This document shows, piece by piece, positions 1 to 11,538 of a DNA stretch of 64,000 bases. The notes beneath the pieces are model-generated. The model was not told where the DNA came from, did not search any database, and worked only from the letters and a program-made list of their open reading frames with translations. The DNA is from Blepharisma stoltei ATCC 30299 (Eukaryota; Protista; Ciliophora), in contig CBFDEM010000054.1 in assembly GCA_965603825.1 (NCBI GenBank), forward strand, positions 248,001 to 312,000, read 5' to 3'. Positions within the stretch are counted from its first letter, which is position 1; each line of letters starts with the position of its first letter. A program made the position numbers and the translations under genes.

Positions 1-472
1 TCAATTTATAAGAAAAGTTATAAAGTGGGAGCATATTTCTAGGTCTCATCCATATCCATATCCTTTTTTCTTGGCTGATAGCATGAATGATTGGATTTCA
101 TAGACAAATCTTAAGGCTTGATTATCTTGCCCCTGTCAAACTATAGATACCTTACTTATGAAATGCAAAAGCCATTACACAATACAATACAATTCTTTCA
201 GATCAATTCAGTTGTAAAGTAATTTTTAGGATTGATTGGTCTGCTTTTACTGCTTTATTTAGCACACAAAATGCTTCACTGTATCGATGATGCTGCATTA
301 ATACGATTCCAAGAGATGTAGCCATGCTGATAAAATTTAGGAATTTTTGAGTTATTTCTGTACTTTCGTATCCAATTAAGAGTCTAATTTTATCTAGCTT
401 CTTGTAGCAGTTGACAACTAAATTGACAGATTCTTGGATTGATAAATATTTTTGACCCTTTTTAGTTTTCAT
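1..472 (-). CDS. hypothetical helical (TPR-like) protein, 5' part; 3' structure unresolved, probably runs off window
   Basis: ATG at 472; reads through TGA at 203-205; TPR-like segment (SLGIVLMQHHRYSEAFCVLNKAV). A coding-like frame continues to base 1, but the junction at ~140-157 does not splice cleanly. Confidence 0.45.
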
Positions 473-676
473 TACAAGAATTTAAATTTCTTATTATATT
501 AAAATCATTCTTTAGGGAAAGTTAATATTCCTTCCAAATTACTAATAATTTCACTGAGAAATCATTATAGTTTAAGTAGAATTTAGCAGTTTTTAATAAG
601 AATACCTTGCTATATAATTTGTACAAGTCTTTTAACATAAAAGGCAATTTGTTAAAATTATTTCTAATATTAACTA

Positions 677-1672
677 TTAAAAGAATAGATAAGCTTGCTC
701 CAGAGGTCTATGGAGGTAATAAACCTGGTGATTCAGAATTGAATATTTTTGGTACTCAGTGTAGTTCCCAAAAGTGTTTGTGTTTTTCCCAAATTCAGTT
801 GCATAAAAAGTGGCAAAATAATGCCCAACCTCAATAGCAGTGATATTATGGTTAATCTTAAGCGAAAACCATTCGCTGAATAATAATTACTAAGCAGGCT
901 TTTCAGGGTGAATCATAGTTGCATAAAATGGGATATCAATTCCTTCAGATATAACGACATTGAGCACTCCAAGCCTATCATAAGAAACAGCCAACGGTCT
1001 TAGCATTGACGAGACCTTAGGATTATCTAAATAATTCTTACCTGTGTACAAGCTAGGATAAAACCCATACTTATGATTCTGATAAGTGATGTTTTTATAA
1101 GCCATCTCATAAAGCATTCTTGGGTCTGCATTGCCAAAAAGTCTTGATTTAGGCACGCTGTCAGTGAACATTAGGTTTGACCTGAAATTCAAAGCATCCG
1201 TGTACTGCATGGCGCATTCGCAGTGTTCCGTCAAGGCAATGTGAAGCAGCTGAGCTCCCATGCATACACCAACATAAGGGAAGTACTCCCCATTCCTATT
1301 TTTCTCAATCACTTTGTTGACGATGTAGGCTGATTTGTTAAGGTACTCATGCCAATATTCTTGGCCGTCAATGACAGAGGTAAGCTTGGTCTTGCCGCCA
1401 ATCAGATAGACTCCATTGATCTTGCTCATGAGGAAGTCGATTTCTTCATAAGTGTAGTTGTAAAGAATTGGAACCACTCGAATACCTCCAGACTCAAGGA
1501 ATTTAACATATGAAGCTGCTATGTATGATCGCGCTCCTGTGGTATTGAAGGTGTCGTCACAAGGGGTTGAGACAATGCCAACCACTGGGAAGTTGTTCTT
1601 TCTTTTGAAGTTGTAGTTGGTAAAACTCAGCCCTGATGCGAAGGTTGAGAAAAATAGGATAAAAACTATCAT
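677..1672 (-). CDS. GGH: gamma-glutamyl hydrolase (peptidase C26)
   Basis: Signal peptide, SYIAASYVKFLESGG, GVCMG nucleophile and HPEK motif. Removing intron 876-890 gives HPEKPAYEW and a C-terminus ending EQAYLFF-TAA at 677-679. Confidence 0.92.
876..890 (-). other. 15-nt intron gtaattattattcag
   Basis: GT-AG, A at position 10; removal eliminates an in-frame TAG and restores YEW. Confidence 0.9.
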
Positions 1673-1869
1673 CTATTATATGAATTTAAAATGGTTAAAA
1701 GTCCAGTAATTCGTAGGATGAAGAATCAAAAAGAAATTTTATAAATGGCATACTTAAATAATGGAAATTTAAGAATTAATCAGCTGTAACTTAGATATTT
1801 TTGGGTTTTAGTGATACAGAATTTATTATAATTTTAGTTGAGACTTATAAATTTGTTGATTCATAATTA

Positions 1870-4080
1870 ATGTCAGAAAATCCAAACGAGCTGATAGATC
1901 CAATAACATGATTCAAAAATAATGACGAACAGCCCACTACAACCCTCCAGCCTTCAACATTTATCTATAAAGAAGCTTGATCATTTAATTCAAAAATTTG
2001 CAAAAATCCAAAACTCCACAGAATCGAGTTAGGCAGTAGTGACGATAAATCAATTAACGATTATTTGGAATCACTGATTTGCGAGCTTGGAAATACATGC
2101 GGAAATGACTGTGGCTCGCTATTTCTTTCTCATACCATGTTTTATATAAGAAAGCAAGGAACTGTGAAACTTACTTTTTCAGCAGTTGAAAGGAATGATA
2201 CTTGTGAAATTAATTTTCAAAGAAAATGCAAACAATGTGATGCCAATGATGAAAAGCTACAGGCAATTCCAAGGAACTTTATGGATTTTTCGTTCTTCAA
2301 GTGGCTGGAGAATTTTTTTATTGATGGAAAATCCAAGACGGCTGAATGTGGCCATGAGTATTATAAATCAGCACAATTGATTTTTGCATTAGGAAAAATC
2401 AATTTTTCTTTTGAATTTGTGAATGCAAATGTGGCAGAACTAACGAGTCCTACAAATACGATTAATAAAGAGTATTACAGCAGATTAAAACAATCCTGCT
2501 ATGAAAAATTAAAAGACTCAGGACAATCAGTACTGGAGAATTTATTAAACGACACAAAAGATATGATTAATAGACTGATGTTTGAAGATGAAGATGAAAA
2601 AGAAGATCTAGAAGAAGAGTCATGGGCTTCTTTGAGGGATGAAGTTAAAGAACTTCAAAAAATGATTGAAGGTGCTATGGTTGAGCTGATGGGACTTGAC
2701 ATATCAAACATTCAGAATTTTCTTCATGTAGAAAATCATAGAAGATTAACATTTTTAGCGTGCTGTCACGCAAAAGTGATAATGGAGACTCTAAAAGAAA
2801 GGATAAATTTACAATTCAATAAAAACAAAAAACAAAAGTTCCCACGTTCAAGGTCAAATTCCAGAGCTACACAAGGCGAATGTTTAGAAAATGACTCTTT
2901 TGCCCTATCACGGGCATCAGTTGCCGCCAACCGATGACTGCATGCAGAATATATCCAAAGCAGTGATCCATTATTAAGTACCCCGTACTGAAACACACTT
3001 CAAGAAGGAAATTTAGCCCTCCCAGTTAGTTCTGGATATATGCACATCCCTGTATACGATATTGATTTATTATCAGTTATCACATACTCTTTAAACTCCT
3101 CTGAATATTACCACGAAGTTGTATCGCCTGCTTTATACTCAGATGACCAGAAAAAGCATATTGAAAATGAATTGCTGAATTATAACCCATGGCATTTTAA
3201 ACTAAAATTTTCTAATTTCGAAGAATTCGATATCCCTGATCTTGCATCCCGAGACGACTTAAAAAGAGTTTATGGTGACTGCATATCTTTCAGGGTCAAA
3301 GCCTATTTTGCAAAACAATTTCACTCTATAAGGGAATATAGCTATGGCTCTGATGAAGATTTTTTGCTCTCGATTTCGAAATCTAAGCCTATACATGGGC
3401 AGCTAGGTAAAAGCAAAGCAACTTTTAGTGTATCGCATGATGGGAAATATATATTAAAAATTATTGATAGGAAAGAAATCAATATGTTTAGGGGTGTTGC
3501 ACAAAATTATTTTAGACATTTGTGCAAAAATTTTTTCCATCAGATGCCTTCGAGATTGGTGAGAACAATTGGTGCATATCAAATCACAGTGAGAAACCAT
3601 CATACAGGCAAGTCAGTTAAGGAATATGCTTTTATATTCGAAAATTTAGGCTATCAGATGCCCGAAAAACCGTTCGTATATGATCTTAAAGGGACACAGA
3701 ATAAAAGGAGATATGTTAAACCTGGCGATACCAGAACGAAAATGGATTTAAATTTTTTGGAGGATTTTAATTGTATTCCTTTTATTATTCCAAAAGAAGC
3801 AAAAAAGTTTTTTGATGTTGCAATTTGAAATGATACATTATTTTTATCTAAGCAAAATATTGTAGACTATTCCTTGCTAGTCATGATATCTTCTGATAAA
3901 TCAATAATCCGAGCTGGAATCATTGATTATTTTGAGCAATATACATTTGAAAGGTCGGTTGAAAGCAAGTATAAAAAAGTGGTCGGAATAGGCTTACCAA
4001 CAATTATTCATCCAAAGATTTATAAAGCGCGATTTAGAAAGGCACTTATTCAAGGGTATTTTATATTTTTTGATGACTAG
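1870..4080 (+). CDS. FAB1/PIKfyve-like phosphatidylinositol-phosphate kinase (~736 aa)
   Basis: Single frame from ATG 1870 with TGA=Trp; GKSKATF, YDLKGTQNKR, W(TGA)NDTLFLSKQNIVDYSLL, GIIDY, PTIIHPKIYKARF motifs. Confidence 0.88.
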
Positions 4081-4140
4081 CAATTATATAAATAATTTTT
4101 AAGCATTAAATAACTGAAGATTTATTATAATTAAAAAATA

Positions 4141-5067
4141 ATGCATGAAGAAAGGAATGAAGTAGCAATTGCAAAAGATCATGAATTGAATAAATTTGAT
4201 ATTAATGAAGCTGAACTCAATGAAGATCATATGGAAAATACTGTTAACATGCACAACCGTTTATGGGGTGCAAAACAATTAGTTAGGCAAATTTCTAAAG
4301 AAGCCTCTGAGTATGAAAATGAAATAAGAAGACTTTCTGATAATATGAATGAAATGAAAACATTTTATAAAGAAAAATTGGAGGAAAAAGAATGCGAATG
4401 CGAAATTCTGAAAAAGAAACTTCAATCATTTATAAATGGGACACATAAAGAAATATTCCAGCTCTATGAAGAGCAAATAGGAAAGTTAAAGGAAAAAACT
4501 GAAAAATACTTAGAAATTATGAAAAAGATTGATAAAACAACTTTTAATTACGAATTGAATGAAATTTTAGAGAAAATGTGTGAAGATTTAATACAAAAAA
4601 ATCAAGAAAATTTAGATTTTTACGAAATGCAGCGGAAATGGTTGATAGGGAATAAATGCATTCAAGAACTTGAAGCTAAGTGCAAAAGCTTAGAAAATAA
4701 ACAAAAAGGCAATATAAATGCGATCACAGAATATCATCATTTAGTAGGAGAAATGAACAACAGAATGGTAGCTTTTGAAGACGAAAATAAGGCCCTAAGC
4801 GCCACTATATCGAAACTATTTAAAGAGAACGAAATTCTTACTGAAAAGCTTGAAATAGCTCTAGCTAATCAATTTGAAAACGCTAAAAAAATTGATGGAC
4901 CAGCACTTAAATATTTGAGGACTCTTCAATTAAAGCTTATATCAAATAAAGACTTTTCTTCATTCCAGTTAGCAAAATTTTTAGGCAAAGAACTTTTTCA
5001 GCTAGATCCTGTCAAATTAAAAAACAAGCAGCCATTAAATAGAACTAGTTCGGTATTATTCAGATAA
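4141..5067 (+). CDS. coiled-coil hypothetical protein
   Basis: 308-aa ORF, E/K-rich heptad pattern, TAA stop. Confidence 0.75.
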   Translation: MHEERNEVAIAKDHELNKFDINEAELNEDHMENTVNMHNRLWGAKQLVRQISKEASEYENEIRRLSDNMNEMKTFYKEKLEEKECECEILKKKLQSFINGTHKEIFQLYEEQIGKLKEKTEKYLEIMKKIDKTTFNYELNEILEKMCEDLIQKNQENLDFYEMQRKWLIGNKCIQELEAKCKSLENKQKGNINAITEYHHLVGEMNNRMVAFEDENKALSATISKLFKENEILTEKLEIALANQFENAKKIDGPALKYLRTLQLKLISNKDFSSFQLAKFLGKELFQLDPVKLKNKQPLNRTSSVLFR

Positions 5068-5171
5068 ATTTTAAGCTTGCGTTTATTATTAGATAAATAT
5101 TTCTGATTTTCAATTTTCATATAATTAGCAAATAAATACTAATACGCTATTATAAAGAGATCTGCTCAGAT

Positions 5172-5257
5172 TTTTCTCTGATATTTTCTTGATTAGTTTC
5201 AATTATAAGCTTTATTTTCTCTGATATTTTCTTGATTAGTTTCATTTATAAGCTTTA
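5172..5257. repeat. 2 x 43-bp tandem repeat
   Basis: ttttctctgatattttcttgattagtttca(a/t)ttataagcttta at 5172-5214 and 5215-5257, one mismatch. Confidence 0.9.
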
Positions 5258-5771
5258 TTTGGTTGCACTACAGGGCATAAAAAAGTCTTGCCTTCTTGTC
5301 ATCATATAAGTACTTATTCATTGTGCAGTCCTTAAGGCTTTTATTGACTGTATTAGATGCCACTTTGCTGCTTAGCTGAAATATAAAAAGGATACTAGTG
5401 CCTATTTTATCTTGATCAAAAAGTATAGAAGAATACAGTTTTATTTCGATGAAAACAACAATTGCCATCAAAATAGTCCATGCTATTAATCACAGAGGCT
5501 TAAAGGGATACTGAGAAATTGAAAAAATTGATGAAATAGCAACGGTTCACATAAGATCTATATAAGATATTTTAATCCACAAATTCATTCTATTGCAATT
5601 ATAATTTTTCTTTTTAATAGAAACCAAAGAAGAATTAAAAGCAGTATTAACTTAACAATTTCCATAATATCTAATTTCGAGATACTTCCTAAATTTAGCT
5701 AATTTATATTACTAAAATTTCAATTTTATTATTTTCTCACAAGTGCCCCTTAATTAAATTTATTATTATTT

Positions 5772-7445
5772 ATGGTTAACCACCGTTGTTTTTTCTCCAA
5801 CTGTGAAAACGGTCCCGCATACATCTGCACATGCTGTTCTAGCGAAACTTATATGTGCAAGTTTCATATGGGATTTCATTGGACTAACACTGCAAGCCAT
5901 TCTTTTAAGCCAATTTTTTCTCTTCCAAACCCTGCCGCCAAAAGTTTAATCTTAAGCAAGCTGAACAAAGAAAAACTTAAAGTAGACAAACTAAAATCAA
6001 AAGTACTAAAAAAGTTTACCTTTGGATACTCATGTTTGTACAATTTAATGACTAATATTTTCAATGTCATCAATAAAGATGCCAAAGAAGTTCACGAGTC
6101 AATTAACAAAATTAATAGCACTACAGAGATTTCAAAGTATGAGACAAATAAACTACTTAAATCATTATTATTGAGTGCAGAAAACGCTGGTAAAGTTACT
6201 GATCTTCCAAAATTTAAGGCTAACCCAAACATAGAGGCTGCCTGTTCAATTATGCTGAACATTTCGAAAATCCTTGAACAATTGTCAAAAAAATTGCTAG
6301 ACCCTGATGCAGGTGACATTATACAAGAATTTCAAGACGCGCTAAATGGATTTGAAACCAATGTTTTTTCAAAGGAGGAAGAAGCTTTAATGATTCAGCA
6401 ATTGCATGCAAGACTCGAAAAGCTTTTAAGCTATGAAGAAATGATAAAAAAAGCAAAAGAAAACTATTTAGCAAATTTTGAATTGCCAGTAAATCTGCAG
6501 AATCTAAAATTTTTAATTAAACAATGTGGGCCAGACATTAATAAAGAAAACTATAAAGCATTGATCGAGGTTAACAGTGAAGCAAAGGAGCTTTATGAGC
6601 TTCTAGAAAAAAGCTATGAAACCCTAACACAAGAACTAGCAGCAATGACCGACCAGCTGGCATTCGATAGCGGCTATCTGTATAGTATTAAGAGAGACAA
6701 AACTATTCAGCAGAATATAATGCTGAAATATAGCATTGAAAACAAAGCTTTTGAACGAAAAAATCTTGATAACGAGCTTTTAGACAAAGGAACTGCCATA
6801 ATTCAACTCCCAAATAGTGAACTTTTTTGCTATGGAAATTATTCATGCACTGGATATTCATGCATCATCAATCTCAAAACACTAGAAATCAAAGAACTCC
6901 CTGAAGGATATCCATGCAGCTCAGCAGGGATCGCTTATTACAACAAATGCGTATATGCCTTTGGAGGCTGCTCTCAGAAGAAAAGCTGGTCATCTCAAGC
7001 ATGCAAGTTCGAATTGACTGGATATAAATGGAATAAGCTGCCTACCCTGGCTGTATCTTACAGCTGCAATTGCTCATGTGCTGTTTTTGAAAATAATATT
7101 TTATTATGCAGCGAAGGGAGAACTGACATCGTAAAGTATGAAATTGATAGAAATTCTTATACAATTGTTGCTAATATAAGCTCATTGAGTAAAGGAAAAA
7201 AACTGCTGTTCGCTGCGGATTCAAGGGTTTTTCTGCTGGAAAGTAAAGGGAATATTTTTGAAAGTAAAGATGGAAATAACTGAAAGCAGATTGAAAGCAG
7301 TGCCTTTGGGAACCACAACTGCTCTTTTAGTGTCTACAACCATAAATTTCAGTCGATTTTTCTGTGCTTGAATAGCAGACAAGTGCATTGCTATGAATTC
7401 AACTTGCATAAAAAACATTTAGTAAAATTAACTTCAACTTATTAA
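5772..7445 (+). CDS. B-box-like Zn finger / coiled-coil / Kelch-like propeller protein
   Basis: N-terminal C-x4-C...CxC...CxxHxxxH, helical middle, Kelch motifs (LFCYG, VYAFGG, W). Reads through TGA 7281 to TAA 7443-7445. Confidence 0.82.
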
Positions 7446-7521
7446 CTATAAAATAAATTTTTATCAATTTTAATCTAAAAAGCTTATTATTAATTTGATT
7501 TTTTATATATTATGGCATTCT

Positions 7522-9147
7522 TTATTCAGTTAAAACTCCCTCTTGGACCTTTTTCCAATCTTTATCCATAAGCTTCTCGAAGTTTATCATATGACTTAGA
7601 AGCTTTCCACTTCTCCTAATTTTCCCATCAGTTACATAAGGGTTACAATTATGTTGAAAATCAGCGTATTTAAGTCCTGATTCATACGCCCTCATTGTAT
7701 GCAGATAAGTATTATGCAGCTGCCTTGGTGTTATTTTTCTAAAACTCTGATAAACAGCTCAAAACAGCTCTTCTTCGTCAAAAAGCTGCACCTTCCTCAA
7801 ATTGTGCTTAAAAATGGAAAAAACAAACTCAATTGGCTGCAGCTGTGGCGTCATTGGTGCATTGCACATGACCGTAATATCTTGGCTCTCCAAAAAATCC
7901 TTCACAACTTTATGCTTGTGGGCTCCAGCATTATCCATCAGAACAAAAAATCTTTCTTTATAATTTGCTGGGTCCATTTCCCTTAATTTTTCAAATAAAC
8001 AATACAAAAAGTGCTTATAACTGTGCTTTTCGATTCTTACATATCTAATCATATAGCCAATTACTTTATCTTTAGAGATTGCAGCAATAATATGCAAAGG
8101 CCGCCCTTTTTTCTGGGCAACTTGCGTAGCTCTTATTCCGATTTTGCTTCAGCCATATACTTGATTGTCACCTCTTGTGACTTGAGTTTCATCAACACTG
8201 ATCAGCTCTTTTCCTGAATGCAGAAAATAAATGAGTTGCTGGGCTACCCTACATCTTGCGTTTTTGTGAGGAATATTATCAGCTTCTGGGACTACAGATC
8301 TTAGCCTTTTCATTGAGTAGCCGTTTTCTTTTAAAACTTCTCTGATGTCGTCAGTTTTTGCTTTAATTCCGAAATGGTTGCATAATATATGTTTCCTCTC
8401 TTTTAGAGATAATCCTATATTATTAGGATCTTCTGTAAGATCACATAAAAATTTGCATTGCTCCTCAGTAAGTCTATGAGACTTTTTAGGCTTGAAATCC
8501 ATTGTTATTGCTTTTTCACCATTTAAGTTATAAAATTCTATAAATTCATCTATCAGACGAACAGAAATGCGCCCGTAAAGATTTTTGCATATATCACGGC
8601 TTTTTTTGTCTTTTAAATATTGCTTGATAATTTTAATGCGGCAATTTTTACTAATTATTGAAGAGTTGCTACCTCTTTTAGTCTGACGATCATTGATATT
8701 TGTGGTTTGGTATTTTCCAAGGAATTTAATAAATTCTTCTCTAAATGAGCTTTCGTTTATGGTTTTTAACGCATGGCCAAGAGTTACTTTACTTTTCATT
8801 AATTGGGATAGCTCTTCTTTGGATAGCTCATATTCTGGGCCTGATAATGCAAATTTGTCAACAATTTCTCTCGCAAGTTTTGTGCCTTCTTCAATTTCTT
8901 GGGTAGTTAGAGGATCTTCTATGTGCTCACTGGATTTTTTGGCTGTGAAATCAATGATACTTTGGTAGTGGTGGCGAGATGGAAGGGAAAAATTTTCAGC
9001 TTCAGAGGGCTCATATTTTTTAGGTTTTGAGATAAGACAAATTTTTTCTTTGGAGTATTCAATGGTAGGGTCAATGAATTTGCTGATTTCTGTTGTGTAA
9101 TCGTTTGGGCATTGAGCTTTTTTACGCCCAGGCTTTTTCTTTACCAT
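7522..9147 (-). CDS. IS630/Tc1-mariner superfamily (DDE_3-like) transposase, intact DD34E triad, 541 aa
   Basis: ORFs 8149-9147 and 7759-8097 are one frame through TGA=Trp (YGW motif). SVDET (D at 8191), LMDNAGAH (D at 7933) and PQLQPIE (E at 7828) give 34 residues between the second D and E. HTH-like region upstream; TAA at 7522-7524. Confidence 0.9.
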
Positions 9148-9814
9148 AATAATTAAAGCCCCCAGGTCTTTGCCAAATCAAATTGATTTTAAAGTTCATA
9201 AATTCGAACCTAATCTATGCTGCTTTTATTAATAATTAGTCAAGTCTATTAATTCGAACGATTGAATTATAAAAAATTGATTGTCTAAGCCATAAGGTTT
9301 CTAATTATTTTCTTCTAATTTTTAATTTAAATTAAATAATATTTTGTTTCCTATTCACTTTCTACATAATCTAATAGTTTTCAAATAATTTTAATTGCAG
9401 GCTAAATTATTAAAAAATTTTCCTTCTTTATATGGAGTTCAATATTGATTGGAGGATGAGTGTATTAAGCTATTTTTGCTATATTTTTGAAGAAATTTAC
9501 TATTCTCTGTCCCTGGAAAAGCTATTAGTTTATTTAAAGTTTTGAGCTTTCGAAAAGAAAAAAAGATATCAGAATGAAATTCTGAGGGCATAAATAATAA
9601 GCAATCTATTGTTGACTCTAATAGCAAATTAGATTCACCTAAATAGTTTCAGATGGCTCTCTTAAATTTAATTACGGAAGAATTGGATAATCATTTTCTA
9701 GTCCCAAATAATTATAATCACTATTTAAAGTAGTGTTTTTATTTCTAAAAAGAGAATTTTAACAAGTAATCCAGCCTTGGGATAAATTAAACTCTTATAA
9801 TTAAATTTTTAAAC

Positions 9815-11104
9815 TTATTTATGAGTTATAACCTTGCTTAATGTCAAGCTATTGAAGTTAAATCTGAAAAAATTGCAAGCTTCATCTAAGAAATATGCAG
9901 AATCCTCATAAGTTGCATAATATGTTAATGGAGCTCTACTTATCTGATCTGTAAATTTTTGTATTGCAATTCAGTTACTCAAGCATTTTGGATTATTTTC
10001 ATATATATTTCCAGAAGATTCGATAAGAAAACTTCTGTTCGAAGAGTTGCATAATATTTTCCAGGTACTTGCAGCAAAGGAAGCCAACTCAAAGTATGAG
10101 TCGGATTCAATATCATATCTATAGAGTTTGGCGCTCTGGTATCCAACTAATAATATCCCTTCATTGGTGACAATATTTGAGACAAACGATAAATCCTCTT
10201 TTAAATCGCTTAGAGCTGACCAATTGTTGTTTTGCAAATTGTATTTAATAGCTTTATTAAAAGGTAAGCCAGTGGAATCTCATCCTCCAAAAAGATATAT
10301 GGAATCTTCGTATAGTGCAGGGCTCATATTTCCATATGGAGGTCCAGATTCAAGTTTTTCAATTGAATAGTCAGAGTGTAAGATAAATGCAGTTCCTTTC
10401 CCTGGGTGATTCCCATAGCAAAATAATCCTCTACCGGGGACTCGGCACATTGATATTCCTGCACTGTATACATTATCTTCCACAGGTAGTAGCTTTTCCG
10501 TCAAAGTGAAGCTTTGAAGATCAATAATGGAAAGAATTTTTGTTTGACTTTTGAAAAAGACAATTTCTTTTGAATCCCACTTACTGATCACCCTGATCCC
10601 CAAGTTTAGATCGCATTTAGCTGCTAATACATCTTCTACTGTAAAATTCAAATGTTTAGCGCTGTAAGTGAAGCTCTTCAAATTTCGCAAGGCTTTATCA
10701 ACTGGCAAACTCAGCAATTCTTCATAGGGATCTGGATTACATTTTGAAATTAATTCAATACTCTCTAACTTTTCTGAAATCATTTTTTGATTTGAGCTGA
10801 CTTCTTCTATTACTTTTAATGCTTTACTTAATAAATTTTGGAGAATTTGGATTTTATTTGTCACTTTTTCAATTAATTCGATCTTGAAGTTTGTTAATTC
10901 TGCAGATGATCTTTTAAGCTCATTGATTAGACCGATTTTAGTACTAGAAACAGGCTCTTTGTATAAAGTGCTTGGCTGATGAGTATGAGTTGAATCGAGA
11001 TCAATATGCTCAATAAAATGTTTAGCACATGAAAATGCCACTGGATTTACGCATTTGCAAAAAACTTTGACTTCATTCTGGCAGCATGGTCTCCAGCATT
11101 TCAT
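9815..11104 (-). CDS. Zn finger / coiled-coil / Kelch-like protein, copy 1 (429 aa)
   Basis: MKCWRPCC...CKC...CAKHFIEH; LFCYG, IYLFGGW(TGA); one frame through TGA 10280 and 9971 to TAA 9815-9817. Confidence 0.85.
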
Positions 11105-11538
11105 TTTACAAATATTTTTAACAAAATAATTTCATCAAACTGAATATATATAAAATTCATTCAATTTTCAATAAATGTGAATTTATATTAAGCTGTTTTT
11201 TGCTATATTTTTGAAGAAATTTACTATTCTCTGTCCCTGGAAAGATATTAGTTTATTTTCCAAGTTTCGAGCTTTCGAAAAGAAAAAATATATCAGAATG
11301 AAATATCTGAGTCCATGAATAATAAGTAATCTATTGTTGACTCTAATAGCAAATTAGATTCACCTAAATAGTTTCAGATGGCTCTCTTAAATTTAATTAC
11401 GGAAGAATTGGATAATCATTTTCTAGTCCCAAATAATTATATCACTATTTAAAGTAGTGTTTTTATTTCTAAAAAGAGAATTTTAGCAAATAATCAAGCC
11501 TTGGGATAAATTAAACTCTTATAATTAAATTTTTAAAC

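Noticed and set aside
5268-5565. 67-aa minus ORF / coding-like remnant
   Set aside because: No recognisable motif and stops in plausible plus frames; cannot be supported as a gene.
6622-6629. CCCTAACA heterotrich telomere unit
   Set aside because: Single copy inside a coding region; no tandem array.
7446-9460. Terminal inverted repeats around the transposase
   Set aside because: Only short AT-rich chance matches (e.g. ttatggc/gccataa); no convincing TIR or target duplication by eye.
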